A DNA stretch of 63,795 bases, counting the filler, from Octopus bimaculoides (lineage: Eukaryota): assembly GCF_001194135.2 (NCBI RefSeq). It is 6 parts of 6 records of this genome, joined end to end, with 100 filler letters (N's around TTAATTAATTAA, not from the genome) between each part and the next. Parts side by side here need not be neighbours in the genome. Positions count along the whole stretch, not along the records: positions 24,725 to 52,677 come from NC_068985.1; positions 52,778 to 60,037 come from NC_069000.1; 4 more parts are not named here. One strand, written 5' to 3'. The position numbers and the translations under genes were made by a program. A model generated the notes under the pieces. That model saw nothing but the letters and a program-made list of their open reading frames with translations, was not told the origin of the DNA and did no database searches. Every line of letters starts with the position of its first letter. Within the stretch, counting starts at the first letter, position 1. Below are positions 40,813 to 52,851 of the stretch, in pieces.

Positions 40813-40861
40813 GTCTCCGATGAAGGGAAGTACTGGATCTTCCCAGAAACAGCTGTAAGAC
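40813..40861 (+). ncRNA. Hammerhead-like motif (U4C variant) in SGPL1 intron 1, sense orientation
   Basis: GUCU-CCGAUGA-A-GGGAAG(uacuggau)CUUCCC-A-GAA-ACAGCUGU-A-AGAC. Stem I 4 bp, stem II 6 bp, 8-nt palindromic stem III. The core deviates (CCGA; A.A at the base of stem II). Confidence 0.5.
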
Positions 40862-40922
40862 TCTATCCATAAAATTCTTCAACCTTACCTTTGCTCTCTT
40901 TATCCTTTTGTTTTTATATATT

Positions 40923-40963
<41 letters not shown>

Positions 40964-43049
40964 GTATGTATACACACTCACACAATGTGTGTATATATGT
41001 TTTGTTGTGCGTGTTTATTTGTTTACATTTCTGTGAATAATACTATTGCATAATAGTTTTGTACTATAATCTTTCTGTTGAAGTCATTAACCTAGATACT
41101 TGCCTACATAATGTCAATATGGCTCTAAGTTTCATTGAAACACAACTGGAATTTCCTTGAAACATATTTATATTACTGTCCTTGGTAGCTCTTGTCGTTC
41201 TTATTGTCATCTTAGGTATCATCTTTGTTGAGAGGAGAAATAATTGTTATGAAGTAAACTGTTTAGTTTAACTGTAATATTTAACTTCAGTTTACAAGAC
41301 ATAAGTGTAAAAGTGTATTAACTTCTATTGCAAATGATGGCTTCCATTTTTCAACCAAAATATACCACAAGGCACTGGGACTAGTATTATAACAGTTTCA
41401 TTACCATATCTCTCTGAAGACAGTTGCCTCAAGTTGTGTATGAATGGAGATAGTTGCATCAATAAAAAATCTTAACATTCTTCATTTTTCTTTTACTTTT
41501 GTGACTAAATATATTTGAGATGGTTGGGTTTTTTTTTTTATCTACCTGGCTCAGTCAGAGGAGGAAGAACAGTGCCCAGAACCCTTTTCAAGGCTGCAGT
41601 AGTAGGAAATTATCCTAAGGCTGAAAACCTGGTTTGGATGATTTTAACATAGTTGATCCTACTAAAGGTACTTGAAGTCCTGGTGCTGGTGTTAAACAGA
41701 GTAATGTATTAAGTCTACCAATCAATCAGTATATAATATAAAATAACCTCAAAATAAAAAGGTTTGCCATTTTGTAAATGCTTTCTGTGATAGCCACAGT
41801 CTTTTCTCAATTGTTTAGTGTGAGAAAGGGTTCTGGAGAAGGATTACTGGTAAGTTCACAGCCATCAGTTCACCGTGAAGAAATTTCACTGTGAGGAAAG
41901 TTTACCAAGAAAATATATCTGTAGTATCTCACCATTAATTGTTAAAAACTATTTAATTGCGAAAAAAAAAAAAAATGGTGAATTGACAATGATAAATTGA
42001 TGATTACCAGACATGCTGGAGAAGAAAGCAAACAATTTTATTACACTGAGGAATGACACTTAAACTTGTAGTTTCAGAAGCATCGGTCTTAACATGTGGA
42101 ACTTCAGTTAAGATAGATGAAGGAGACTGGCATTAACTATTAAAATTTTAAGCAGTTGAATAGCATTAACATATCTTCTCACAATGGAACAGTATAATTT
42201 AGTAGGAGTTGAATTAGTCCCAAGAAAGGAGACAATTGTTTAACACCCACTTTTTTTCTTGCATGGGTTGGATGAAGTTTGTTGAGGTTGGGACATTGGA
42301 GAATTTAGTCTGAAAGAATTTGGCCTGAAAGAACAGAAAGGATATGGCTGGAATATTTTTGATTATAGCTCTGTTCAGTCTGGGCTGGTCTGAGTTTTAA
42401 TTATAATGATAACTATTATGGTAAACTGGCGGAATTGATAGAAACAAAAATGCTTTATGATATTTGTTATAGATTTTTACAATCTGATTTCTAATCCTGT
42501 CGAGGTCAACTTTGCTTTCATTTTCTGGGGTTGATAAAATAAAGTAATAATCTGGTACTCAGTTCAGTGTGATCAGTTAATCCCACACTCATCTGACCAT
42601 GTGCCTGAATTAGAAGCAATTAGTGAAAAATAAATTACTTCCTTACGTCAGCCAGTTTTATCATCTTAATTAATTATCTTAATTTTGCATTGGCAGCATT
42701 AGGCAAATATTCATTTTCTTTTGTGTTTTTTTTAATATCCTCTTTTCTATACTTCCATAGTTTGGACAGAATTTTCTTGAGACAGATTTTTCTATGGCTA
42801 AATAATGCTCTTTCTGTCACTAACCCTCACCTGTTTCTAAGTAAGATAATGTTCGTCCAGTATTTCTACTTGCTTCCAATCTTCTCCATGGCCAGACATA
42901 TCTATATGTCTGCTGTATATCTGTGACAACCATATATCTCACTATATGTGTGTATATATAGATGTGTGATGTAATTTGAACATTAATGTATTTATGTATA
43001 TGATAGATGTGTATGTCAGTGATCATTTATCTGACTATATATACATACA

Positions 43050-43590
43050 TACAGTAGCGCCATAATATAAGGGCCAGTAAGAACAAGTGTATTGAAATAT
43101 GTATTATAAAAGATTAATAAAACGTTGAGACAAGATGTTTTATACATATTTAGATATATTTAATATCTATCTTTCGTGAAAATTTCAAGTGAATGGAATA
43201 ACTATTTCATAAGTTATGAGGAAATAAACAAATAATCTTCCAAACTGCAACAGCCAAGAGTTGAGGGTCACTTAGAAAAACAATGAAAAATGGAACAAGA
43301 ACAAAAAAGAAATCCTTACTATTAATATTTTGTGAACATCCCTTTTCTATCAATGACCTCCTGACATCTGTTAACACAAGACTGAATTAATTTCTTGCAA
43401 AATGATGGAGTAATATTGTTCCATTTGTTTTTCAATAATTCCCAGAGTTCATCTTGGTTCTTTGGATTTCTCCTTCATGCCCCATCTCCAATAATCTTCC
43501 AAACATTTTCTATAGGGTTGAGATCGGGACTTTGAGGTGGCCAGTCCATGAGATCAACCCCTTCATCACTCAAAAAATTTTTGACTTTCT
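43050..43590 (-). mobile_element. Tc1 transposon 3' fragment
   Basis: LMDWPPQSPDLNPIENVWKII...PKNQDELWELLKNKWNNIT...LIQSCVNRCQEVIDRKGMFTKY* (stop at 43322-43324). TA-CAGTAGCGCCATAATATAAGGGCC TIR-like end at 43050. Confidence 0.85.
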
Positions 43591-44019
43591 TTGTTGTTAT
43601 ATATATATATATATATATTTGTATAACGACTTCGCTTGGTTCCACTCTCTCTGACAGTTGAGAAGTCTTTACCTTGCAAGCTGCTTGGCAACCTTACTGG
43701 TGCTGGGCCATGTAAAAAGCACTTGTGCTGATGTCACCTTAAAAGCACCAAATACCCTCTGTAAAGTAGTTGGTATTAGTAAGGGCATCCAGCCATAGAA
43801 ACCATGCCAGAACAGACTATTGGAGCCTGGTACAGCTCTCCCAGCTACTGTGAAACTGTCCAACCTATGCCAACATGGAAAAACAGCGTTTAATGATGAT
43901 GTCATGGAGAAGACTTTGTGTTGGTGACATACACTTACAATCACATGATACCAAAGCAAGGAGACAGTAATGCAGATACATACATATATACATACATACA
44001 TGCATGCGCGTGCGTGCAT

Positions 44020-44085
<66 letters not shown>

Positions 44086-45477
44086 ATTATAACTTCTTTC
44101 AGTTTCTGTCTACTAAATCCACTCACAAGGCTTTTGTCAGCTGGAGCTGTAGTAGAAGATACTTGCCAGAGGTGCCTCACAGTGGACTGAACCCAAAACC
44201 ATGTGGTTGGAAAGCAAACTTCTTATGTAACTGCAACTACACAAATATTTTCTTTTCTTTTATTTATTAATTCAGAAAGGAAAATAAATGTTCATAATTT
44301 GTTGGAATGAAATGCCTTGGGTGTGGGAAAGTGACATCGCATGATTGAATTAAAGTACAGAAATTAAAGGTCATACAGTTGACTTGATCTAAGTGCTAAT
44401 GAGACTGCCTTGTATCTTATAACACTAAAGTATCCTATGTTGTTATGATGTATTTGTTTACTCACAACAATGTGACCAAGAGAACAGAGAAAAGGAAGAG
44501 CAATGATAGGATGGATGTGTGAAGGTTGCATTGCATAAAACATTCATGGGAAAACTAAGACCCAACAGACTTTCTGAATGGCACACCTAACAAACAATTA
44601 CCATGACTTTTTTTAATAGTGCAGCCTGGCAGATGATGAGTTATGTTTCGTGTGACCCACTTCTCAGAAAAAAAAAAAACCATTCCCATGCCTGCCATTA
44701 TGTGCCACAATTTTTCTTTGTACGTCTACTTTTTTGCATGTTTCAGTCATTTGACTGTAGCCATGCTGGGTACCACCTTAAAGGGCTTTTAGTCAAAGAA
44801 ATCAATCCCAGTATTTATTCTTTGTAAGCCTAATATTTATTCTATTGGTCTTCTTTTGTCAAACTGCTAAGTTATGGGGACATAAGCACACCAATAGCAA
44901 TGGTAGTGGGGGGNNNNNNNNNNNNNNNNNNGGAAACTACTTAACACACAGCCACTTCTACACTTATATATATATATATATAGATGGGCTTCTTTCCGTT
45001 TCTGTCTACCAAATCCACTCACAAAGCTTTGGTTGGCCTGAGGCTATAGTAGAAGACACTTGCCCAAGGTGCTATGCTGAGGGACTAAACCCGGAACCAT
45101 GTGGTTGGGAAGGAAGCTTCTTAGTACACAGCCATGCCTACGCCTATAACTTTTTTTTGGTTATGGCTGGGTTCCAGCCCAGGCAACAACAAAGTCCACT
45201 CTATCACACTTCTCAGTCTAACATCACTGCTGTGAGGCCCTGAATACATTTCAGATTAGTGTCTGCAATCAAGTTGTTGATATAAGTGTGACATTTTCCT
45301 CTTCTTACATCACCATGAAGTGGATTTCACAAGACTAATTTGAATGCTTCCTGTTCAGGGTGGCACATACAGTGACCAGATAATTGCAGCCACCTTTGCC
45401 TGATTGTCTTGTTAACTTTATGGAGTAAGTCTCCATAAAGGTATTCATTATAAAACTTATCATTGACACTGAAAATT

Positions 45478-46235
45478 TATGAGGTGTATCAAAAAATTCC
45501 CGGAGTAGTTATGTTTAATAAAAAGTAACTTATTTGCCTAAGTTTTAACATCATTCTCTTCAAAATAGTAACTTTGCACAGCAATACACCACTCCCAGTG
45601 TTCCTGCCATGTTTGAAATCTGGCCTGGAAGTCATTTTCGATTTCTTCTTCATCTCAACAACAGTGTTAAAATGGTATTCTTTGAGCTGCATTTTCATCT
45701 TGGAGAAAAGATGGAACACCTCAGGTGCTAAATCTGGATAATAGGGTGGGTGTAGAAGTGACACCATGTTTTTGGTGAGAAATGAGTGAGGAGAGATCAG
45801 TGACAGGGTGCATTCCCGCAACTACTTCAAAATGTCATTGATTGTCCTCCAATGTGGACAAGCTAATGAATTTTCTCCACCTTTCCAGGAGTGTTGCTCA
45901 TGGCAGGTTTTCTGCTTTTGAAATGCTTGTGCCACTCAAACATTGCATATGACCCATTGCCTTGTCGCTGTAAGCTTTCCAAAGTATGCTCAATGCCTCT
46001 GTAGCAGACTTCCCAAGTTTAATGCAAAATTTCACATTGGCTCTTTGTTCCAGCTTTCTGTCCATGACAAAAATTGCAAACTACAACATAGACGTGATTA
46101 CAAAAACACAAACTTCACAACTTGTGAAGTCACTCATGAAAGTCACTGCTAGCTCTCACTATGCATGCAGCTGTGTGCTGCCATCTGTTGGCATGCTACA
46201 GAACTAGTTTGGGAACTTTTTGATACCACCACGTA
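45478..46235 (-). mobile_element. Internally deleted mariner with both TIRs
   Basis: Left end TATGAGGTGTATCAAAAAATTCCCGGAGTAGTT; right end (reverse complement) TACGTGGTGGTATCAAAAAGTTCCCAAACTAGTT; TA at both ends. Interior HPPYYPDLAP..FHLFSKMK. Confidence 0.8.
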
Positions 46236-47260
46236 CAGCTCTGTTATAAGATGTTTGTGTATGTTGGCACTCCGTCGCTTACGACGTCGAGGGTTCCAAT
46301 TGATCCGATCAACGGAACAACCTGCTCGTGAAATTAACGTGCAAGTGGCTGAGCACTCCACAGACACGTGTACCCTTAATGTAGTTCTCGGGGATATTCA
46401 GCGTGACACAATGTGACAAGGCTGACCCCTTTGAATTACAGGCACAACAGAAACAGGAAGAAAGAGTGAGAGAAAGTTGTGATGAAAGAGTACAGCAGGG
46501 TTCACCACAATCCCCTGCCGGAGCCTCGTTGAGCTTTTAGGTGCTTTTGCTCAATAAACACTCACTACGCCCGGTCTGGGAATCGAAACCGTGATCCTAT
46601 AACCACTAAGCCATTGCGCCTCCACGTTATAAGATAAAACAAAAGTAAATATAACTGGTATTAAGGTGATGCTTCTCTATTTCAAAATGAGTCAGCCAGG
46701 CCTAAGAAGACTACCTTTAATGTATTCTTTTATATAACATTTTGTCTATTTGTATATCAAGGGACTACATTTATCAGTATAGCCTTCTACCTTTGTTGGT
46801 GGTGTTTAACTCTTTAGCATTCAGATTACTTTATTGAATCTAATACTTATTTATTCTTATTCTTGTGCTTATTTATTTTCTTTCTTTCTCTAAGGCACAT
46901 GGTTGAGTAGTTAGAACATCAGGCTCACAATCATGAGGTAGTGAGTTCGATTCATGGTTTTATTTGATCATTTCATCCTCACCACTGGTATTTAATTTGA
47001 GTATTTTTGTTTTATGTTTTGTATATGTCCCTGTAAAATGTGTGCCAAGTTACATCCTTCTATGTAAAAAGGGTAACTTAGTCATTTGATAAATAGGGAT
47101 TGATAAAATGAGTATTGGAATTAATTGCTTTAATAGAATGTAAATGTTAAAAAATTTGCAAAGACTGCAAGAATGGGGTGGGGGGAATGAAAAACTGAGA
47201 TAAATGTTTGAACAAAATGTAGTTTGTTATTAACCATTTTTGTCTCTTTGTTTTTAACAG

Positions 47261-47405
47261 AATCCAATTCTTATTGGAACGAAATTTATTCAAGAGAAAA
47301 TAAACAAACTTTTTGAAGGAAAACCAGCCTGGCAAATTGTCCTTTTATCATGTGGCACCACAATAATTCTTATAAAGTTGCACGATTTACTTGAATCTGA
47401 AGAAC
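47261..47405 (+). CDS. SGPL1: SGPL1 exon with the N-terminal membrane anchor (NPILIGTKFIQEKINKLFEGKPAWQIVLLSCGTTIILIKLHDLLESEE)
   Basis: Polypyrimidine tract plus TTAACAG acceptor; 145-nt open exon; donor GTGAGT at 47406 (phase 1). Aligns by eye with human SGPL1 [29 protein letters not shown] (recalled). Not in the ORF track. Confidence 0.85.
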
Positions 47406-47691
47406 GTGAGTATTTGAGACAGTTTAATATTTTGATTTATAACAACTATTAATGATATTTGTAAAAATTAAAGTAAGTATAATTATTAATACTGTAAAAA
47501 TAAGTCATTTTCTTATAATTGTAACATTTACGTCTATTCCCAACTAAATGAAAACACGTTAAAGTCATTTAGAAAGCATCTGCTGTCTCCTAACTCTATG
47601 GTAATACACTGAAGTCATCTAGAAAGGATCAAAGCAGTATCTTGTTATTTATATATTTATCTTCTTCTTCTTCTTCTTCTCCTCCCCCTCC

Positions 47692-47726
<35 letters not shown>

Positions 47727-47966
47727 CTTCTTCTCTTTCAGTAGTCTTATTTTTATCATGTCTTTTCATTGCACTTCCAAGTGCAGCTCTGTGTGCCTTG
47801 GGTATGTGCTGTGGTTTGTTGCGATGCTTTTATTTTTACTGTATTGAAAGTTTTATGTTAGGGTGTGTGCAGTGCCTAGTAGTGCTATTTCCTGTATATA
47901 TACTTGTAAGTCCTGGTGTTTTTGTTATGTATTTGTCTGAATATTTTTTATCATACTTAATGTGCC

Positions 47967-48013
<47 letters not shown>

Positions 48014-48019
48014 GTAGTA

Positions 48020-48372
48020 GTAGTAGTATTTGTTGAAAGGTGAGTAAATGTTGGAAAAATGACCAGTGTGGATGGACCAATTCTGAGATTACACCTGGAA
48101 AAATAAAAAGGTATAAAAGGAGAAAGGGCTCTTGTTCTGTTGATCAGGCACCCGTGGCTTTTATGGGCTTTCCACGAGTAACCTTTAAAGTGCCTCCCCC
48201 TATTGAGAGTTTTTACTTGTTACATTGTTTTTTCTGTTATCGAATGTTTACAGTCTTTTCTTTGCAAAACCCTTTGTATATCGTCTTGTCTTGTCCTTTA
48301 GTGTTTTTGATTTATATTAGCCCTTGTGGCAAATAAAAATAAATTTATTATTATTATTATTATTATTATTAT
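48020..48372 (+). mobile_element. Tx1-like LINE 3' end with UTR, AATAAA and (TTA)n tail
   Basis: FVER*VNVGKMTSVDGPILRLHL matches the C-terminus seen at 54482 and 19300. Followed by a T-rich UTR and tail. Confidence 0.6.
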
Positions 48373-48939
48373 ATCTTCTTTTTCCAATTTTGTTTCCATT
48401 TCTTGCCAAGTGTCTTCCCAACACCAAGGGCAAAGAAACTCACTGTATACATTTGTAGACCATTAAAATAAAAACACACCAGATTGTTCATTTACATAGA
48501 AATAAAGGGGAAAAAAATGAAGAAAGAAAAAATTGAAAAAAATGAAAAAACAAGTAAAAAGGGAAAATAGAAAGAAAATTCACAGAGACAATGCTCTTCT
48601 CAATATGTGTGACATACCAGTTAAAACAACCTTTTACACTTCTTGCATGGATGGGAAGCCAGGGATCATGGTCTTTCTCAACAATATCAAGTTTATTAGT
48701 TTTGATGGTTCTGTCTGTAGGAAACCCTCAAAGAATTGTTATATTTTCTCCTTCACTTACAGCCTCAGGACGGAGCTTATAAAACTTTGTCAGAAGTTTT
48801 AATTTTATGATGCCGACATATTAATCAGTGTAGATATTGGCCAACTCTGTCATATCTTGATTTATACTTTATAGGTGCTAAAACTTTACACCCAGAGATT
48901 AGGCTATCCATTGTTTCAACCTAATCGTTGCAGTATCAG

Positions 48940-49142
48940 CTGCAGTGAGCTGGCAGAATAATTAGCAAGCTGGGTAAAATACTTAATGGCATTTTGTCTA
49001 TCTGTATGTTCTGAGTTCAAATTCTGCCAGGGTTGACTTTACCTTCCAACCTTTCGGACTCAATAAAATAAGTACTGAGGTCAATGTAATTGACTTAACC
49101 CTTCCTTTAAAATTGCTGGCCTGGTGCCAAAATTTGAAATCC

Positions 49143-49180
<38 letters not shown>

Positions 49181-50126
49181 GTTATCAGTTGTTAAGGTGG
49201 CAAGCTTGCAGAACTGTTAGCATGCTAGACAAAATGCTTAATGGCGTTTTGTTGGTCTCTGCATTCTGAGTTCAAACTCCGCTGATGTTAACTTTGCCTT
49301 TCATCTTTTGGGGTTGATAAAATAAGTACCAGTCAAGTACTGGGGCTAGTGTAATTGGCTTCCCCCTCCTTCAAAAACTGCTGGCCCTGTGTCAAAATCT
49401 GAAATCATTATTTTTATTGATTGTTAGATTGTTAGCATAGGTGCAGGATTGGCTTTATGGGAAATAGCTTGCTTATCAAACACATGGTTCCTGGTTCAAT
49501 CCCACTGCGGGGCACCTTAGGCAAGTATCTTTTACTATAGCTTCGGGCCGACCGAAGCCTTGTGAGTGGATTTGGTAGACAGGAACGGAAAGAAGCCCAT
49601 CATATATGTGGGGGTGTGTTTGTGTGTGTGTGTTTGTGTGTCTGTGTCTCCCCATTATCACTTGACAACCGATGCTGCTGTGTTTACATCCCCGTAACTT
49701 AGCAGTTCAGCAAAAGAAACCAATAGAATAAGGACTAGGCTTACAAAGAATGAGTCCTGGGGTTGACTTGTTTGACTAGAGGCGGTGCTCCAGCATGGCC
49801 GCAGTAAAATCACTAAAACAAATAAAAGAGTAAAAGAGTATGCCAGACAAAATGTTGAGTGTCATTTCTACTGGCTTTACACGACATGGTGTCCTATGTG
49901 ACTACTGTAAATCACAGTTCAAATGCTGTCGAAACCAACTTTACCTTTCCTTCTTTTGGGGTTGATAAGATGAATACCAGTCAGGTAGTGAGGTTGAGGT
50001 AATTGACTTACCCACTACCCCCAAATTTCAGGTTTTGTGCCTGTATTAGGATGGGTTGTTATCCTGGGGGTTGATGTAATCTACCAGTCCCCCCCGATTT
50101 CAGGCTTTGTGTCTTTAGTAGAAAGG

Positions 50127-50178
<52 letters not shown>

Positions 50179-50360
50179 GGGTGGCAAGCTGGCAGAATCA
50201 TTAGCACGCCAGGTAGAATGCTTAGCGGCATTTTGTCTACCTTTACATTCTGAGTTCAAGTTCTGCCGAGCTCGACTTTGCCTTTCATACATTTGGGGTG
50301 AATGAAATAAGTACCAGTTATGCACTGAGGTCAATATAATTGACTAGCCCCTCCCCTAGG
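48940..50360 (+). repeat. Cluster of about four co-oriented family-B SINE copies separated by (TTA)n
   Basis: GCTGGCAGAA...TTCTGAGTTCAAA...GACTTTGCCTTTCA...TAAGTACCAG units at about 48950, 49200, 49920 and 50185. Confidence 0.7.
49437..49840 (+). mobile_element. SINE family A, full-length-like, with (AAAGAGT)n tail
   Basis: TAGGTGCAGGATTGGCT... head through GCAGTAAAATCACTAAAACAAATAAAAGAGTAAAAGAG. Confidence 0.8.
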
Positions 50361-50519
50361 GGTTAGGGCAGCGGACTTGCGGTCGGAGGATCGCGGTTTC
50401 AATTCCCAGACCGGGTGTTGTGTGTGTTTATTGAGAAAAATCACCTAAAGCTCCACGAGGCTCTGGCAGGGGGTGGGGTGTGGCGACCCCTGTTGTACTC
50501 TTACAAGGCCCACATTTTT

Positions 50520-50745
50520 TGTGAGTCTACAGATGGCTAGTGAGGCCAGTCTGCGCCCGAAAGAGTCTTTGACAGTGTGGACAGGGAATGGTAGCACCTG
50601 CTACAGGGTTGTTAGCTCTGTTCTTCCTGGCTTGTCTGTGGTCTTCTGCAGCAGCGATCCTATTGATCTCGCATGTATTGGCACCCTTGTGGACAGCTGA
50701 TCTCCATCTTTCTCTGTTTAGAGCAGACTGCTCCCAAGTTGCAAC
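50520..50745 (-). mobile_element. RTE-BovB-like LINE C-terminal fragment
   Basis: WEQSALNRERWRSAVHKG..E.NR..AEDHRQARK...IPCPHCQRLFRAQTGLTSHL: the typical RTE C-terminal C2H2-like motif. Confidence 0.75.
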
Positions 50746-50872
50746 ACACATACATATTTATATAACAAATATCTTTTTGAAAGTATTGGTTTTATATTTC
50801 TCTGTAATTTGAATCATTAATCCTGAAGTCCTAGCATATTAGTTTGTTTTATACTTCCTGGTGTAATTTCAG

Positions 50873-51048
50873 ATTTAACCTTGAGGATTAAGAGAACATT
50901 ATTTAAAATGTTGAGGAAAGTACCTGCTGTACAGAGGAAAGTAGACAAGTCACTGAAGGAAACTGCCCAACAAATCAATGAGAGTATCAAACATTCCATT
51001 AATTCAGAACCATATGTACAGGTTGTGCCAGAGAAAGGATTTTCTTCA
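50873..51048 (+). CDS. SGPL1: SGPL1 exon ((H)LTLRIKRTLFKMLRKVPAVQRKVDKSLKETAQQINESIKHSINSEPYVQVVPEKGFSS)
   Basis: TTTCAG acceptor ends at 50872; donor GTGAGT at 51049. The split codon C+AT=His matches the phase-1 end of the previous exon. Resembles human SGPL1 [32 protein letters not shown]...EYVKALPSQGLSS (recalled). Confidence 0.9.
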
Positions 51049-52811
51049 GTGAGTAGTGTTTTGTTATGAAGTATTTTTTGACTATTTAAGAAGATAAAAA
51101 AAATTTAAAAAAAACTTATTTATTTTTAAAGTAAGGTTTGCAGAGGTCAACTCAGTTACAACCTCCTCTTCCCCTTCCTCATCCTCCCTCTTTCTCTGTC
51201 CTCCTTCTTTCTCTCTCCCTCCTCCTTCTTTCTCTCTCCCTCCCCCTTCTTTCTCTCTCCTCCTCTTCCCTCCTTCACCCTTGTCCTCCCTCCCTGCCCC
51301 CCTCCCCACATAAGTCTTCTAGAGCCCAAAATTAGCATGGAATCATTGTTTTGAGGATGTTGTTTATTCCCTCTTGCTATTTTAGCAATGTGTGGAGAAC
51401 AATATCTGAATTTTACCTAGTGGATGTTTTTGTACCTGTAAATATAATTTTCTTTGAAAAATATTGGTCAAACTTTGCCAATAAAAATTATATTTGTCCA
51501 ATGAATATTATTTTATAGACTATTAAAGTCCAATGTGAAGGGGTCTTTTTTCTAATTTTGAATACAGTTGAATAATTTGTGATGGTGTTTACATTTTCAC
51601 AGTTTGTGCTGATTTTTTTTTCTGTCTTTCCTACTCACAAGATTGCTGTAAGCTTAAAATTTTTTTAGCTTTTAATCTAGGCCTACAAACAATTCTGAGA
51701 AAGGGACCAGGTGGTCGTAGGATGTGCTAGAAACAACAGCTAAATCTCCCTTAAGTTACACACCTTTTCATCTAAAAATACAAATTTGTTTTTATGATGA
51801 AAAGGCTTCTTCATTCATTTTTAAGTGTGTAGTGCAAAAAAAAAAAAAAAAAATTGGCCAAAATCGGTGTGGTGGAAGTGGTGGTGGTGAAGAGGTGGGG
51901 ATGAAAAAAGCCCCCACAAATTTTCTAAAACTTTTTTGTATAAGAAGCTTCCCACCATCATTTCCAAGGCTGTGGTGAAAAAAATAATTGTAAAAAATCC
52001 CCATCAAAAGAGAAAATCCAATTTACGTGAGCATCCTAACACAAAATTCCACCATTTATAGTCATTTTTAATAGTCCATTAAAATTTTATTGAAATGGTA
52101 CCATGTCGCAAAAACTCAGGATTAATTTAGTTCTGTACCTTACTTGAAAACAAATAAGAAGTGTTGGTATTAGGAAAGGTATCTAGCTGTAAGAAAAGCT
52201 GCTTCATAAAGTTGTGTCCAACCCTTACTCTTTTACTCTCTTTTACTTGTTTCAGTCATTTGACTGCAGCCATGCTGGAGCACCACCTTTAGTCGAGCAA
52301 ATCGACCCCAGGACTTATTCCTTGGAAGCCTAGTACTTATTCTATCGGTCTCTTTTTGCCGAACTGCTAAGTTACGGGGATGTAAACACACCAGCATCGG
52401 TTGTCAAGCGATGATGGGAGGACAAACACAGACACACAAATGCACATACATACATACATATCATCATCGTTTAACGTCCGCTTTCCATGCTAGCATGGGT
52501 TGGACGATTTGACTGAGGACTGGTGCAACCAGATGGCTACACCAGGCTCCAATCTAATTTGGCAGAGTTTCTAAAGCTGGATGCCCTTCCTAACGCCAAC
52601 CACTCAGAGAGTGTAGTGGGTGCTTTTACGTGTCACCCGCACGAAAACGGCCACGCTCGAAATGGTGTCTTTTATGTNNNNNNNNNNNNNNNNNNNNNNN
52701 NNNNNNNNNNNNNNNNNNNNNTTAATTAATTAANNNNNNNNNNNNNNNNNNNNNNNNNNNNNNNNNNNNNNNNNNNNGAATTTGATAGACAGAAAGTGAA
52801 AGAAGCCCGTC

Positions 52812-52851
<40 letters not shown>

